Assembly (NCBI GenBank): GCA_965112735.1
Contig: OZ218955.1
Span: forward strand, 2,170,001 to 2,234,000
Source: Phaeosaccion multiseriatum
Taxonomy: Eukaryota > Protista > Ochrophyta, other classes
Reading direction: 5' to 3'
DNA: 64,000 bases
Shown here: piece by piece, positions 1 through 14,272 of the stretch
Numbering within the stretch: the stretch's first letter is position 1
Layout: each line of letters starts with the position of its first letter
Position numbers and translations under genes: made by a program
Notes under the pieces: model-generated
What the model saw: the letters and a program-made list of their open reading frames with translations, nothing else
What the model was told of the DNA's origin: nothing
Database searches by the model: none

Positions 1-817
<817 letters not shown>

Positions 818-1490
818 GGTATTGATGCCCCCCCTTTTCCTTGTTAATGAGTCTTCTGTACTTGATGAGGGCTAGCTTCCGCAACACTACAGGCCTATCC
901 CTCCCTCTACACCCAGCTTTCCCCTCTTCCGCGGCCGCTAATTGTCCCCTACTCCTTCAAGCGAGCAGCGATCACAAGGTTATGTCAGTGAGTCGCCTAC
1001 ACCATCCCGTGCAATTCTCTTGTCCGACGGCATAATCTGAAACGTGAATTTCCTGCCCGCCTTGTGTGCTTGTGCCGCGTGCCTTCAAAAGGACCACTGC
1101 GGAGCATTACAGCAAAGAACGCCAAAAAAACTGGAGAGTGATAGCGCCGAAGGAAATCCCGGGCTGCTCCTTACAAAGTCAAGGAAGTAACATCGTTCTC
1201 TGAGAGAGGTGGGCCCAAGGAGAGGGGAAGGGGTTTCTTCGAGGAGGTGGAGAGGTGCGATTGGAGGGCGTGGAGGGGAAGGGCGCAGGAGGAGAGCTGA
1301 GGAACGGGCTTGTCCGAGTGCTCCCAGTACTGCAGTACTGGCCACAAACAGAAGAGAAGGGGGGAGGGGAGACGGGGGGAGGAACATAGTGAAACCCCCC
1401 CCCCCCTTCTTTCTCCGTGCCCTTGCGGTACTCGGTTTGAGACAGGCAGGCGTCTCCTTGCCTTGCAGGGGCAGGCAAGAGGTGGGGTAA

Positions 1491-4400
1491 ATGGGGCAGA
1501 CTCTCTCTTTCTCGATCGACCTGATCCAAGCGAATGGGCCGGAGAGTTATTTGGGGGCGCTTTCCGATGGTGCGGCGCAAAGCCTGGCGACAGCTCTAGA
1601 GAAGAGCTTCGAAGACGCATTCCAGTCCCTCTGTGAGAAGGGGGGGGGTGTCGAAGAGGGGACTGAGAAAGGTATGCCGCCAGACGGGAAGGCTGCTCCT
1701 GTTGCTGCTGCCGCTCTGGCCTCCGTACTGGTGCAGCAGCTTGGAGTACGAAGGATTGAAGTGGACGACTTGCCAGTCTTGGCGGGCCTAAGCAAACGCC
1801 AAGCTGGCAACGGCAAAGACCAGGGGCAGAAGGAGAAATTGTCCCTGTACGTCCTTGGCGACACCTTCTTTGAAAAGAGAAGTCCGGCCGCGGCGGGGAT
1901 GCTGCAGCCGATCAACGACCCGAATAGTCAGGACGCGCAGGGGGCTGTAGGCACCAAGACCATCCTCGTAAGGTGTGTATGAAACTCAACTCGTCAAGGT
2001 CAAAGTCATAGACCACTACACCTCTATTCATGTGCTTTGCTTTATTTTTCAACACTTATCCCTTTGTGCGTTCTTTCTCGCTCGAACAGACCTTCGTGGC
2101 AAAAGGAGGGACAGGTTCACAGCTGCACGCTACAGAATGGGGCTCGAACAGAGGAGAAAGGGTGCAGGGATAGTGCACACGCTGCTGCGAATAGCAATAG
2201 CGAGGGCACCTGTCTCAAGCTTCAATTAGATGGCGGCGGTACTGACGGTAGCGGGTCAAGAGAAGGAGAAGATCACCGCTGTACGAGCCCCAAACGGAGA
2301 GATGTGCACGTGCCCAGGCTCATCATGAGCCCTGGTGGCAACGAGCTCAGTGAAAAGGAAAAGCAGGTACGTGCGTGCATGCGTGCGTGCAAGCTTGAGG
2401 GAGCGGGTATAGTGAGGTACCCCATTGCGCTTCGTGAGTCGATCGGTGTCTGCCGCTTCGTCGACACAGTGAGACCCTTACGGCCTGTCGCGATACACTG
2501 CTGATACACTGGACCTCGGGGAAAGCGTTCTCCCTCATCCTTGCCTTCCCCTCCCTTCATCCCCTCCCTTCCACTCCCCTCCCTTCCACTCCCCTCCCCT
2601 CCCCTCCCTGCGATCGGCTTGTGTGTGACAGTTCATCAACTCTCCTCGGCGGCTTGAGTCGCTTAACGTCAAAGCTGCCGACGTGATGGGCTCCGAGAAG
2701 ATGCGCACGGCGGCACTCGAGAGAGTCCCCAGCAACAAGGCTTCTTGTCAGTCGAACAGCAAAGTGGCAGACGTTATAGGGGAGGCCAAGGTGGGCGGCT
2801 TTAAGGCTGGCCAGGTGCTGGGGGGGTCAATGGAAGAGGCGCAGAAGAAGAAGCAGGTGCGGGCGTGTGTGCTTGTGTGTATGTGCGTGTGCGTGTGTGT
2901 GTGCGTGTGCGTGCGTGTGTGTGCGTATGTGAGTGAATGACGAGGCGGATCGGGCTGGAGATCGATAGAGACCTGCCTGTATCCTGTACCCTAAACCTTT
3001 TATGTTGATGCTTGCGTTGGCGCCTTTGAGCACAAAAGGAGGGGTGGGGCAAAAGAGGTGGTGTTCGTTCTGCCGCAAGGCCCAATGCCAAAGTGTAACG
3101 CTGACTCAGGCGACGGATCGACTGACTCTCTCTCTCTCTCTCGCTTGTTCGGTCTTCTCTCCTCTTCCCTTCCTTTCCCTGGCCTTTCCCACCGGCAGAA
3201 GGAGGAGGAGCTTCTTGAGAAGAGGGAGAGACTGGAGAGCAACACTAGCGGCACTACCACTGCCGTCGGAGAGAGCGGACTTCCTGCGGCTCCTACTACG
3301 GCGGCAGGCGCGCATAGGATCCCACTTCCCACCGCCGACAGGCAGCGACTCCAAGACAAGAGGATGTCTGGAAATACTAGAGTGGGGTTGGGGGTGACTA
3401 TGAAAGCAGCTGCCACGCTCGGCGACTCCCAATTAGAGAAGTCGGTGCTAGAGCACGCACATGATCGAACAAAGGTCCGTACTTCCATGTTCTCTCCCTC
3501 CTACCTACCTATATCTCTAAGAGAGTTGAAGGCAGCAAGTCTTGTCTTCCCTCCGGCCTGCAGGTACCAGGAGGGGAGGGTGGGCATGCTAGGCGCCGCA
3601 CAGTGCAGCTAGCAGAGCACCCGGCCTCGCCCGTGCGGTGTCCAACCATCCCCTCCGTCTGCGCCGTCGCGTCTCTCGCACTTCTCTGTTTGCAACCAAC
3701 ACGCTCCCCTCCCCTCCCCTCCCCTCTTCTCTCGCCCGCCCCCATCCGTTCTCCTCCCCTCCGCGCCGCTCCCCTCCCTCCCCTCCCCACCCCCTCTCCC
3801 GTGTAGGTGAATCAAAAGGTGCTTGCCCTGGCGGGGGAGGCGAGCATGGCGGGGGCCAAGGCGGCAATCCTCATGGGAGACGAGATGGACGAGGCACAAA
3901 GGAAGAAACAGGTGCGTGAGTGGGTGCGTGCGTGCGTGCGTGCGTGCGTGGGTGCATGCGTGCGTACTGCTGCCGCAACTCTACTGGCACCTCTTCCTCC
4001 TCTCACATCCTCAGAGGGCTCAAAGAGGACCCGCCATTGGTGCGGTTCGGGTGGGCTGTTGTCGCGTTGTCGTGTTTGGGGGGGGCGAGGGAAGCGACTC
4101 GCTAGCTAGCTAATGTGCGCCTTGCCTCTAATGCACGCGTGTTTGTTGCACTCACTCACTCACTCACTCACTCCGTGCCTGTTGCATTGCGTTGCGTGTG
4201 TGGGTGTTGTGCCTGCAGCTGCAAACCGAGCAAGAGGAGGTGCGTTTGGCGGAGGAACAGGAGCGGCAGGCCCAGGAAGCGCATATTCAAGAAGCCATGG
4301 CCATCAGAGCCGACGACACGGCCGTCAACGTCAAACTGAGTCGCGCCGACAAGGCTGCTGCCATGCTCGGAGACGAGAAGGTGCGTCAGTCGTTGGGAAG

Positions 4401-5068
4401 AGCAGGCGGGGCGGGGTGTGCAATCAGGCCGCTGCTATGAGGCTGCTGGGGTATGTGTCCTCACCCCTTGTTTGCGGCTCGGCTATAGCTACACGTGGTG
4501 GTTGCCTATCCCGTCTTTGGGCTCACCTGCACTACCCACCCCACCGGCTCTTACTTGCCCCCTCATCTATGCCCCCTTTCTTTTCTCCCCTTCTTCCGTC
4601 TGTTGTTGCCCGCTCTGGGTGCTATTTGTTGCGCTGCTGCTGCTGCTGCTGCTGCTGCACGCTTCCGCCCACCTACCCACCCACCCACAGCTTGCCCACG
4701 GCGTGCAAATCGCGCTCCCGGACAACGCCCAGATCAACTCCAAGGCACAAAAGCTCATGGGAGGAGACCTCATGACCCGCAAAGCAGCGCAGAAGCTCGG
4801 TCTAGATCAAACCGGTATGGAGCTCTCCGCCGCCACCACCATCCAGTCGCACTTCAGGGGTCACATGGGTCGAAAGAGCGTGACTCAACGGAGCGCGGCT
4901 GCGGTCTCTCTGCAGGCGCAGTTCCGCGGTTACAAAGCCAGGCATCAGGCTGCGCAGATGGCAAAGTCCGTGCTACAAAGCCGCCCTGCTAGCGGCACGA
5001 GCTCAAGTCGGCCCACTACCAGCAGAAGCCGCCCCAGTAGTCATGTAGGCTCGGTGAGAAGTGGTTAA
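1491..5068 (+). CDS. Multi-exon protein with about 9 K(A/V)xxx(L/M/I)G repeats, a short coiled coil and two C-terminal IQ calmodulin-binding motifs
   Basis: Seven exons join in frame through GT-AG introns (about 1491-1972, 2090-2367, 2632-2856, 3198-3474, 3807-3911, 4219-4380, 4691-5068). The IQ motifs are AATTIQSHFRGHMGRK and AAVSLQAQFRGYKARHQ. The start codon is uncertain. Confidence 0.75.
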
Positions 5069-6284
5069 GGGAGGCGAGTAGGTGCGTAGGCAAGGAGGAG
5101 AAAGGCGCGGGGGGGGGGGGGGCACATCATGTTCGTCTGTGCAGGGTAGGAGGGAGGTGGGTGGTGAGGTTGTGCGTGTGTCGTATGGGAGACGTTGAGT
5201 GGGCTAGATGGGTGGGGTGGCGGACGGTCAGGGCTGAGCGAGAGAGGAGGCCGTATCCACAGGTGGTTAGCTTGCACTCCTTGCCCTTCTCTTCCCTCAT
5301 CCACCTCTTCCCCCCCCCCCTCCCTCCCCTCCGCTTCTCAACACGCTGCCTTCCACTCTTTGATACTCGGAATTGAAACGTTTGTGACAGACGGGACGTC
5401 AGTCGGGCGTCGACTAAAGCGCGCTGTGTACATGGAGGAGGGAGGAGGGAGGAAGGAGGAGAAGGAGGGCAGGAACTAGGTTGTGCCGTTGTGCAGGTCG
5501 AGTTCTGGAATAGATTAATTGCTTTCGTTCGTCTCTCTGTCTCTCTCTCTTTACTCCAGGGAGGAAGCCCCTGTCTCCCTCCTCCCTCTTGTTGGATCGG
5601 GCGGCACCCGCACCAAGCCACCAAGCCTGTACAGGGAGCAAGAGAGCCACAGAGGAAGGGAGGGGCAGAGAGAGAAGCTCTGTCGTTTTAGACGGGAGAG
5701 GGCAAGTCTCGAGGTTGGGAATGTCCTTGCTCTGCGTGCCCCGGCCCCGGTCCATTCTGTGCGCGCGGTGCCGAAGGGTCGTAGGAGGAACGCCTCGCCG
5801 CCTCGTGCAAAGGCGAGAGTGCGCCTCCCTCGGGACGGCGCTGCGAAGCTCTATAGCGAGAGACCCTTCCTTCCCTTTGGGCCTCTTCGGCCCCTCTTTG
5901 AAGCCTTCTGCAGCCCGTCAGGCTGGTTGGTTGGCTCGAGGGGGCGGATGGTTGAGCTGTTCGTTGTCAGCTTGTTCCTGCCTTGCTGCACGCCACTGCT
6001 GCGCCCCAACAAGTCCACGACAAAACATCACTCGTCCGTGCAGGCCGCGGCGTTGCTGTGCAAGTGTGAAGAAGACCACACAGCGGACCCGAAAAAGGCA
6101 CGAATGAAGGGCGACTTCACTCGCCGGTAGCTAGCTCGAGGTCTCGAAAGGAGATGAAGTGCTGCTGCTGCGGTTGCTGCTGCTGCCGAGCGCCCGCACC
6201 TCGCCCTCCCTCCTCACTCAGGACTTGCAGCTGCATCCTTCCCTCCCCAGTAAATGGCACTACATGGCTCTGCACGGAATGGCA

Positions 6285-8105
<1,821 letters not shown>

Positions 8106-8273
8106 CCTTTACCACGAAAGTGCAATTTGAGCGTGCGTCGCCAATAAAGGTTCTTGGAGAACCAATGGGGAAGTTACAACTACCATCCTAAGTCAATTAA
8201 AACACACTCCACCTTAAACTTTCGCTCCTAAATTCTCATATGTAGCATGTAAAGTGAAGAGCAGCACGCAAGG

Positions 8274-9971
8274 ATGAGGTCCCTCGAAGACGAAGAGTTC
8301 TGCATTGATCCTGGTACGACGAGAGACTTTTTCCTTCTTCCTTTCCTTTTACTTATTCCTTCGATCCTTGCTCCCTTCGCCGCAGGCTGCTATGCCATCA
8401 TGGGACCCAAAGCACATTTCCACGCTATACACGGCTTGGCGCTAGTCACTCTGTTTCTGAGTGCCGTGGCGAGCATTTTCATCATCTACCGTGCCGTGTT
8501 CTGCATGAAGCGGTACAAGACTGCGGCCCAGCGGTGAGTAGACTACAAGCAGGGGGACAGCGAGCAAACGCCACACGCTACCTGCCTGTAAAGCTTACCC
8601 GAAGTGCCTCCGTGCCTCCCGTGTGCATTGCCCGACGAGCAGGTTTCCCATTTACCTGAGTGTGCTCGACCTCGGATGGTCTTTCTTCTCTGGGCTGGAT
8701 CACTTGTTGATAATCTCCACCCAGCACTTCCCCCCCGCACCGGGCGTGCGTATCCTGGGTGCCTGTATACACATCTTTCTCATGGCCCCAGCCAGTCTTG
8801 TGAGTGTGACGTGCTTCAGTGTCTACTGCAACATGTTTCATCGGTGGCGCATCAGCTTCGGTCGGTTCGACTGGCACCTCATCTCCCTCTGTGTCGGAGT
8901 ACCGGTGATCATGGCTATCGTGGGGCTGGCTGTGGGAGATGTGTTTGGCCCCGCCGGGTACTGGGTGTACCTCTTCGGCGGCAGCGAGCGTTTGACCCTC
9001 ATCAGCTGGGTGTACGCCTTTGTCCCTCTCTTCGTAACCTTCTTTGGCACTTGTTGGAGCTGCTTCTTTGTTTCAAGGTGAGTGTGAAGTACGCGCCGCC
9101 TTCTTCAGCAGCGCAATGCCCACCTAAGCTTGCCCTCTCTTCGTTTTACAGAAAGATAAGGCGGGATAGCATGGCTTTCAGCGAGGGGAATGCCCTCTCG
9201 AAGGGGGATGCGCAAATCATGCGAGCAGCCAACCGCATCCTTCTGTTTGGGCTCATCTTTCTGGCGCAGTGGCTCCCGATGGTACGCGGAACCGCAGAAA
9301 AAGAGGAGGAGGGAAGGGTGGATGCTTGGGAGGGCGTGAGCTACGCGCTACATGGGGGCTCTTGTAAGGGGGGGGTGAGGGGAGGAAAGAAGGAAGGAGT
9401 ACTCCTTTTGCTCACCGAATGTATGCTCACCTGTGCTTACTTCCCCTTGGTCACCCCTCTCCTTCCCCTGTCCCGCGCAGGTCGTCCTGACTATAGCTAT
9501 GGCAACAAGAAGAGTGCATTGGACTCTGACGCTGGGAAAGGTTGGCTTGACAAACCTGGGTGGACTTCTTAATGCCATCGCGTTCCAGTATCAGTTCCCC
9601 ATGGGAGAAGGCAACAAGCACAATTCCCCCAGGGGAGGAAGCAACAAGGTAACCGTACGTAACTTGTTGATGGAGAAGGAGGGCAGAGAAGACGAATGGT
9701 GGTACAGGCGTGTGAGTGGAGGGGGCTATGACTCTCCCGTTCATATATGGTTTGATACAAGGACGCATCGATGGGACCGGCTAATAGGGGAGGGGGAGAA
9801 GATTTTTTAGACTTTTCAACGGGCACATTGACACCTGTTGGCATTCCACCTCTCTTTCTCTCTCTTGACGCACAAACCTGGTCTCCCCTCCTCGGCTCCC
9901 CTCCTTCCCTCCCCCCTCCTCCCCTCTCGCCAAGCCAACTCCCTCCACGCCAGCAGAGGGCAATGTCCTAA
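8274..9971 (+). CDS. Seven-transmembrane GPCR-like protein (cAMP-receptor/GCR1-like family)
   Basis: Exons at about 8274-8533, 8642-9078, 9152-9281 and 9481-9648, plus a probable tiny last exon 9953-9971. There are several hydrophobic helices and the motifs GVPVIMAIVGLAVGDVFGPAGYW (TM4/ECL2), NRILLFGLIFLAQWLP (TM6) and LTNLGGLLNAIAF (TM7), typical of Dictyostelium CAR/GCR1-type receptors. Confidence 0.7.
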
Positions 9972-10792
9972 CCAGCACGGTCTCGCTCTCTTTACTCCTC
10001 CTTGCTCACATGATTGCGTGTATACGGTAGGGCTGGGAAAATACCACTAGAAAAGTCTACCCGCAGGCAGCAGCAGGCGAGGCAACGAAGGGTCCAGCGC
10101 CGCCGCCGATGTCTATAGAAGCTTGAGATGGAGCGTCGGGCAGGCAGGGGAGGCGAGCGCCGGGGGGTGAAGCGACACGGGCTGGCGGGCACTGGCTGAC
10201 TGGCTGGCTGATTGTTTTTGTATCTATGCCTGACTGGCTGACTGACTGACTGACTCGGTGCGTCGGCAGACCTGTTGTGGTGTGACCGCTGCTTAGCGGT
10301 ATTACCACCACACCTCATGGCCCTCTTGGTCGAGTACAGGAGGGGGAAATCTTGACTTTGACCCGACTGGTAGGGGTTAGGGGGGCGCGAGAGTACCTGG
10401 TCTCTCTCTCGTCGGGAGGCTGATTGGAACTCTAGCCTAGCGCTGGGGGGCGGGGTCGAAGGGAGAGCCTGCTCACAACAATTTTTGTACATAGGAGAGC
10501 TGCTTTTATATTACACCCTTAAGTACCATCTACGGTTGTCTAAAAGTAACGAACTTAGCCCCCGAGGTCCTATCCCTCTGACTCGTCAGTCCTCCCCTTC
10601 GGAACAAAGTTGATACCAGCCAGGACCCTGTGTCGAATCGATCGTTCGTGTCGGGCCCTCTGGAGCGCCACGGCCAATCGCCGCCGAATGACGCAAACAG
10701 CTCTCGCATAAGCCCTCATGTCCAGATGTTCGTGCCCCCCAGCCATGTGGATGGCGAGTTTTTTTTAATTGCGCCTTGCTGTTCCATCCTGA

Positions 10793-10871
10793 TCGACCCC
10801 TGACGCACTATCGCCCACATTCTCGATGCGCGCCGGCGATAGCGGATAGCGGATAGTGCGTCAGGGGTCGA
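10793..10871. repeat. Perfect 20-bp inverted repeat (hairpin or MITE-like element)
   Basis: TCGACCCCTGACGCACTATC (10793-10812) and its exact reverse complement GATAGTGCGTCAGGGGTCGA (10852-10871), with a 39-nt spacer. Confidence 0.85.
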
Positions 10872-11006
10872 CCATCTTAGGAGAGAATTTTTCGTGAAGT
10901 ATGTCAATGGGCCTTGTCGTAAGCACAGCCGTTGATGATCCGCCTTTTTCTTTCTCACAATCACTCTCTCTCCCTCTCTTTGGGAGGAAGATACCTCTCC
11001 TTCGCG

Positions 11007-11813
11007 ATGGCGAGTGCTACCGAGGAGGAGGAGAGGCTGAAGGTAGGTTTGTGGCTCATGCTATCGTGGCCTCCCCCCCCTCCCTTCATCTCATCATTAC
11101 CACTTTCTTCTTTGCCACAGGTCATGACCATCTTTGGCGGAGGGCTTCTCTTCTTCTGGCTCAGTATGGGTGTATTCATGGGAGCTGCTCCAGAAGTATA
11201 CATGGATGAGCTGTTTCATGTTGGCCAAGCTCAGGTAATAGTTTAAGGGGGGAAAGGGAGGAGGGAAGTGAGAAAGGGCAATGTGTCATTCTGTGAGAGA
11301 AAAGGCTGTCCTCTTGTGCTGGACACCTTAGGCATAGTTAGTGCTGGTTGGTTCTAACTGAGTGGCTTACTGCCTAATCTCGCCCTCAGGCGTACTGCAG
11401 AGGAGAGTGGGCCTCGTGGGACCCCAACATCACCACTCCTCCGGGCCTCTACCTCGTGTCGAGAGTCATCGTAGGGGGCATCCAGGTACGCCTCATCAAC
11501 ATGCACATATACACACCCACATACCCACACGCTAGACAGCGGTAGACCTTCTGGCTCTCTCCCTCTCCAAGTCTTCTTCGCCAAAACTTAGCATGGCCCT
11601 TAGCTCACTTTTGACTCTGCCCGTGTGTCAACTGCAGCTACTGTCGTGGGTCCTGAGCAAGGGGAAGTCTACCATGCCGGTAAGCACCCAAGGTCCTTCT
11701 GTCTTTTGCCTCTCGGATGCCGGCAGTGCTTAGAGTGGGCCCTGCACTTCACTTGTACAGAGAGAGACAAGAGATAGCACCGAGTACACCAGCTATAATG
11801 AGTGAGAGAGAGA

Positions 11814-11866
<53 letters not shown>

Positions 11867-14240
11867 CCAATCAGGAAAGAGTGCAAGAGGCAGCCGCATT
11901 TATTCCCCAGGGTATTCTCTGCCTCGTCTTGCCGCTGCTGAGACTCATCCCATTCCACTACCGCCTACCAAACGTTCCTGACCGTGCCCCCCCTCCCTCC
12001 TCCTCCTCCCGTTCAGCTGCCCCTGGCGTGCAGCGTGGATGTTCTGCGAGCCACCAACTACCTCTTTGCCCTGGCCACACTCGTTGTACTCGCCAAGTGC
12101 CTCAGCCTGCGCCTGGTGGGTAGGGGGGGTGGGGTGGGGTGGGGTGGGGTGGGGTGGGGTGGGTGCTGGGGGCTTGAGTGGTTCATAGTGAGGTAGAGGC
12201 CTACGGAGGCACGCGGAGCCTTGGGGTGAGGGGGGGTGGGGGTGTGGGGGGGTGGGGGTGGGCATCGAAGGTGGCAACTCACTCACATGTTCATCGAAGC
12301 TGAGCCCCCCCCTCATGTTGCTTGCGTGTGCTTTTGCTCACCACCAGCGGCTCCCTTACCTCCTCGCCCCCGTCCACTGCCATCCTCTGCCATCCCCATC
12401 CCATCCACTGCCATCCATCCCCCCCCCTCTCCTCCTCAGGCCAAGCAAAAGGCCCTGTGCACCGCGGTGGTGCTGTGGCTGTACCCAGTGGGCTTCTTCT
12501 TTAACTTTCTGTATTACACAGACTCTGGCAGCACGTTCTTCACCTTGCTCAGGTTCGATCGATTTATTGAAGTTTGGCTCTTGTGTGTGCGTGCGTGCGT
12601 GCGTGAATCGCAGTTTGGCTTTTGCTTTGCGTGTGTGCGTGCGTGCGTGAATCCCCTGCCTCTTGCTTTGCGTGCCTCCCCCTAAGCTCCTCCCACGCTT
12701 ATGTCATCACTTCCTTCCCCTTCCTCCCCCTGCCCTGTGCTGTGTGTGTGTGTATGTGTGTGTATGTGTGTGTGTGTTTGTCGCCACAGCTTCTACCTCG
12801 CCCAGCCTTCCCTCGGTGGCGGAGTGGCGTCTCTGACTCGCAGGAAGATGTTCCGCAGCGCTCTGGCGGGCATGGCAGCGCTGCTCTTCCGTCAGACAAA
12901 CGCCGTGTGGAGCCTATTCACCTTCGGCACCGTCGTGTTCAGGCACGTTACGGAGTGAGAGGGGATGGATGGCAGTGAATGAGGGTCAGTCAGGCGCGGT
13001 ACTGAGGAGGGCCCCCTTCTCTGACTTCACTCGTGCGTCTTTCTGCTCTCTCTTCCTCCCCTCCCACTCCCCCCCCCCCCTTCCCTCCATTTCTCTTTGT
13101 GTCCCTGTCAACTCTCTCTCTCTCTCTTATCGTCGTGAGTGAGCAGAGACGTCGCCTTTTTCTCCACGCAAGCGCGGCAAAGGCAAAAGGCGCACAAGGC
13201 GGGGCTCACCGCCACGGCGCCACCGCCGCCGCCGGATTTCTACGGTGACTTGACGTGGCCGGTGAGTGAGTGAGTGAGTGAGTGAGTGAGTCAGGCAGGC
13301 AGGCAACACTCCCCCCTCCCTTCTTAAGAGCTAGTGCGTCGTCCGTCCGTCTCCTTCGCCCCCCCTTAAGGGCCCGTTAGTTGTTGTCATTGATGGGCTG
13401 CTGGGCCCCTCACCCCCTCTCTCTTCCTCTCTCCCCTCCCCCCCAATTTGCCGCCTGCACCCATCAGCTTCTCGTCTCCTTCGTCAAGTTAGTCTTCCAC
13501 CGCCTGCCCGTGCTGCTCTCTCTGTACGGCGTGTTGCTCCTCCCGGTGCTATCTCTGGCGCTCTGGGTGTGCTTCACGGGAAACATTGTTTGCGGAGGTG
13601 AGTGAGGACTGAGCACTTGTCTTCCCCTCCTTCGTCTCTCTCTCTCTCTCTCTGGCGCTCTGTCTGTCCATATGTCTGTCCATATGTCTGCCTCTGTCTG
13701 CCTCTGTCTGTCCATATGTCTGCCTCTGTCTGTCCATATGTCTGCCTCTGTGTGCCTCTGTCTGTCCATATGTCTGCCTCTGTCTGCCTCTGTCTGTCCA
13801 TATGTCTGCCTCTGTCTGCCTCTGTCTGCCTATGTGTGCCTCTGTCTGTCCATATGTCTGCCTCTGTCTGTCCATATGTCTACCTCTGTCAGTCCATATG
13901 TCTGCCTCTGTCTGCCTCTGTCTGTCCATATGTCTGCCTCTGTCTTTCCATATGTCTGCCTCTGTCTGCCTCTGTCTTGTCCATATGTCTGCCTCTGTCT
14001 GCCTCTGTCTGCCTATGTGTGCCTCTGTCTGTCCATATGTGTGCCTCTACCCCCCTCCCTCTCTCTCCGTCTGTCTGTCCGTCTTACTCGCCAGAGCCAA
14101 AGCATGTAGTGTGTGCCCCTCTCACCCTCCTCCCCCTCTCCATTCCCCGTTCAGACGCTGAGCACCACCAGCCCGTGCTACACCTCGCTCAAGTCGGATA
14201 CTTCGTCACTCTGGCTGCCGCCATGTGGGGGGGCGACAGG

Positions 14241-14272
<32 letters not shown>

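Noticed and set aside
5519-6130. 203-aa ORF between the IQ gene and TEX9
   Set aside because: It has no recognisable motif or clear splice structure and is probably UTR or intergenic, although a small gene cannot be excluded.
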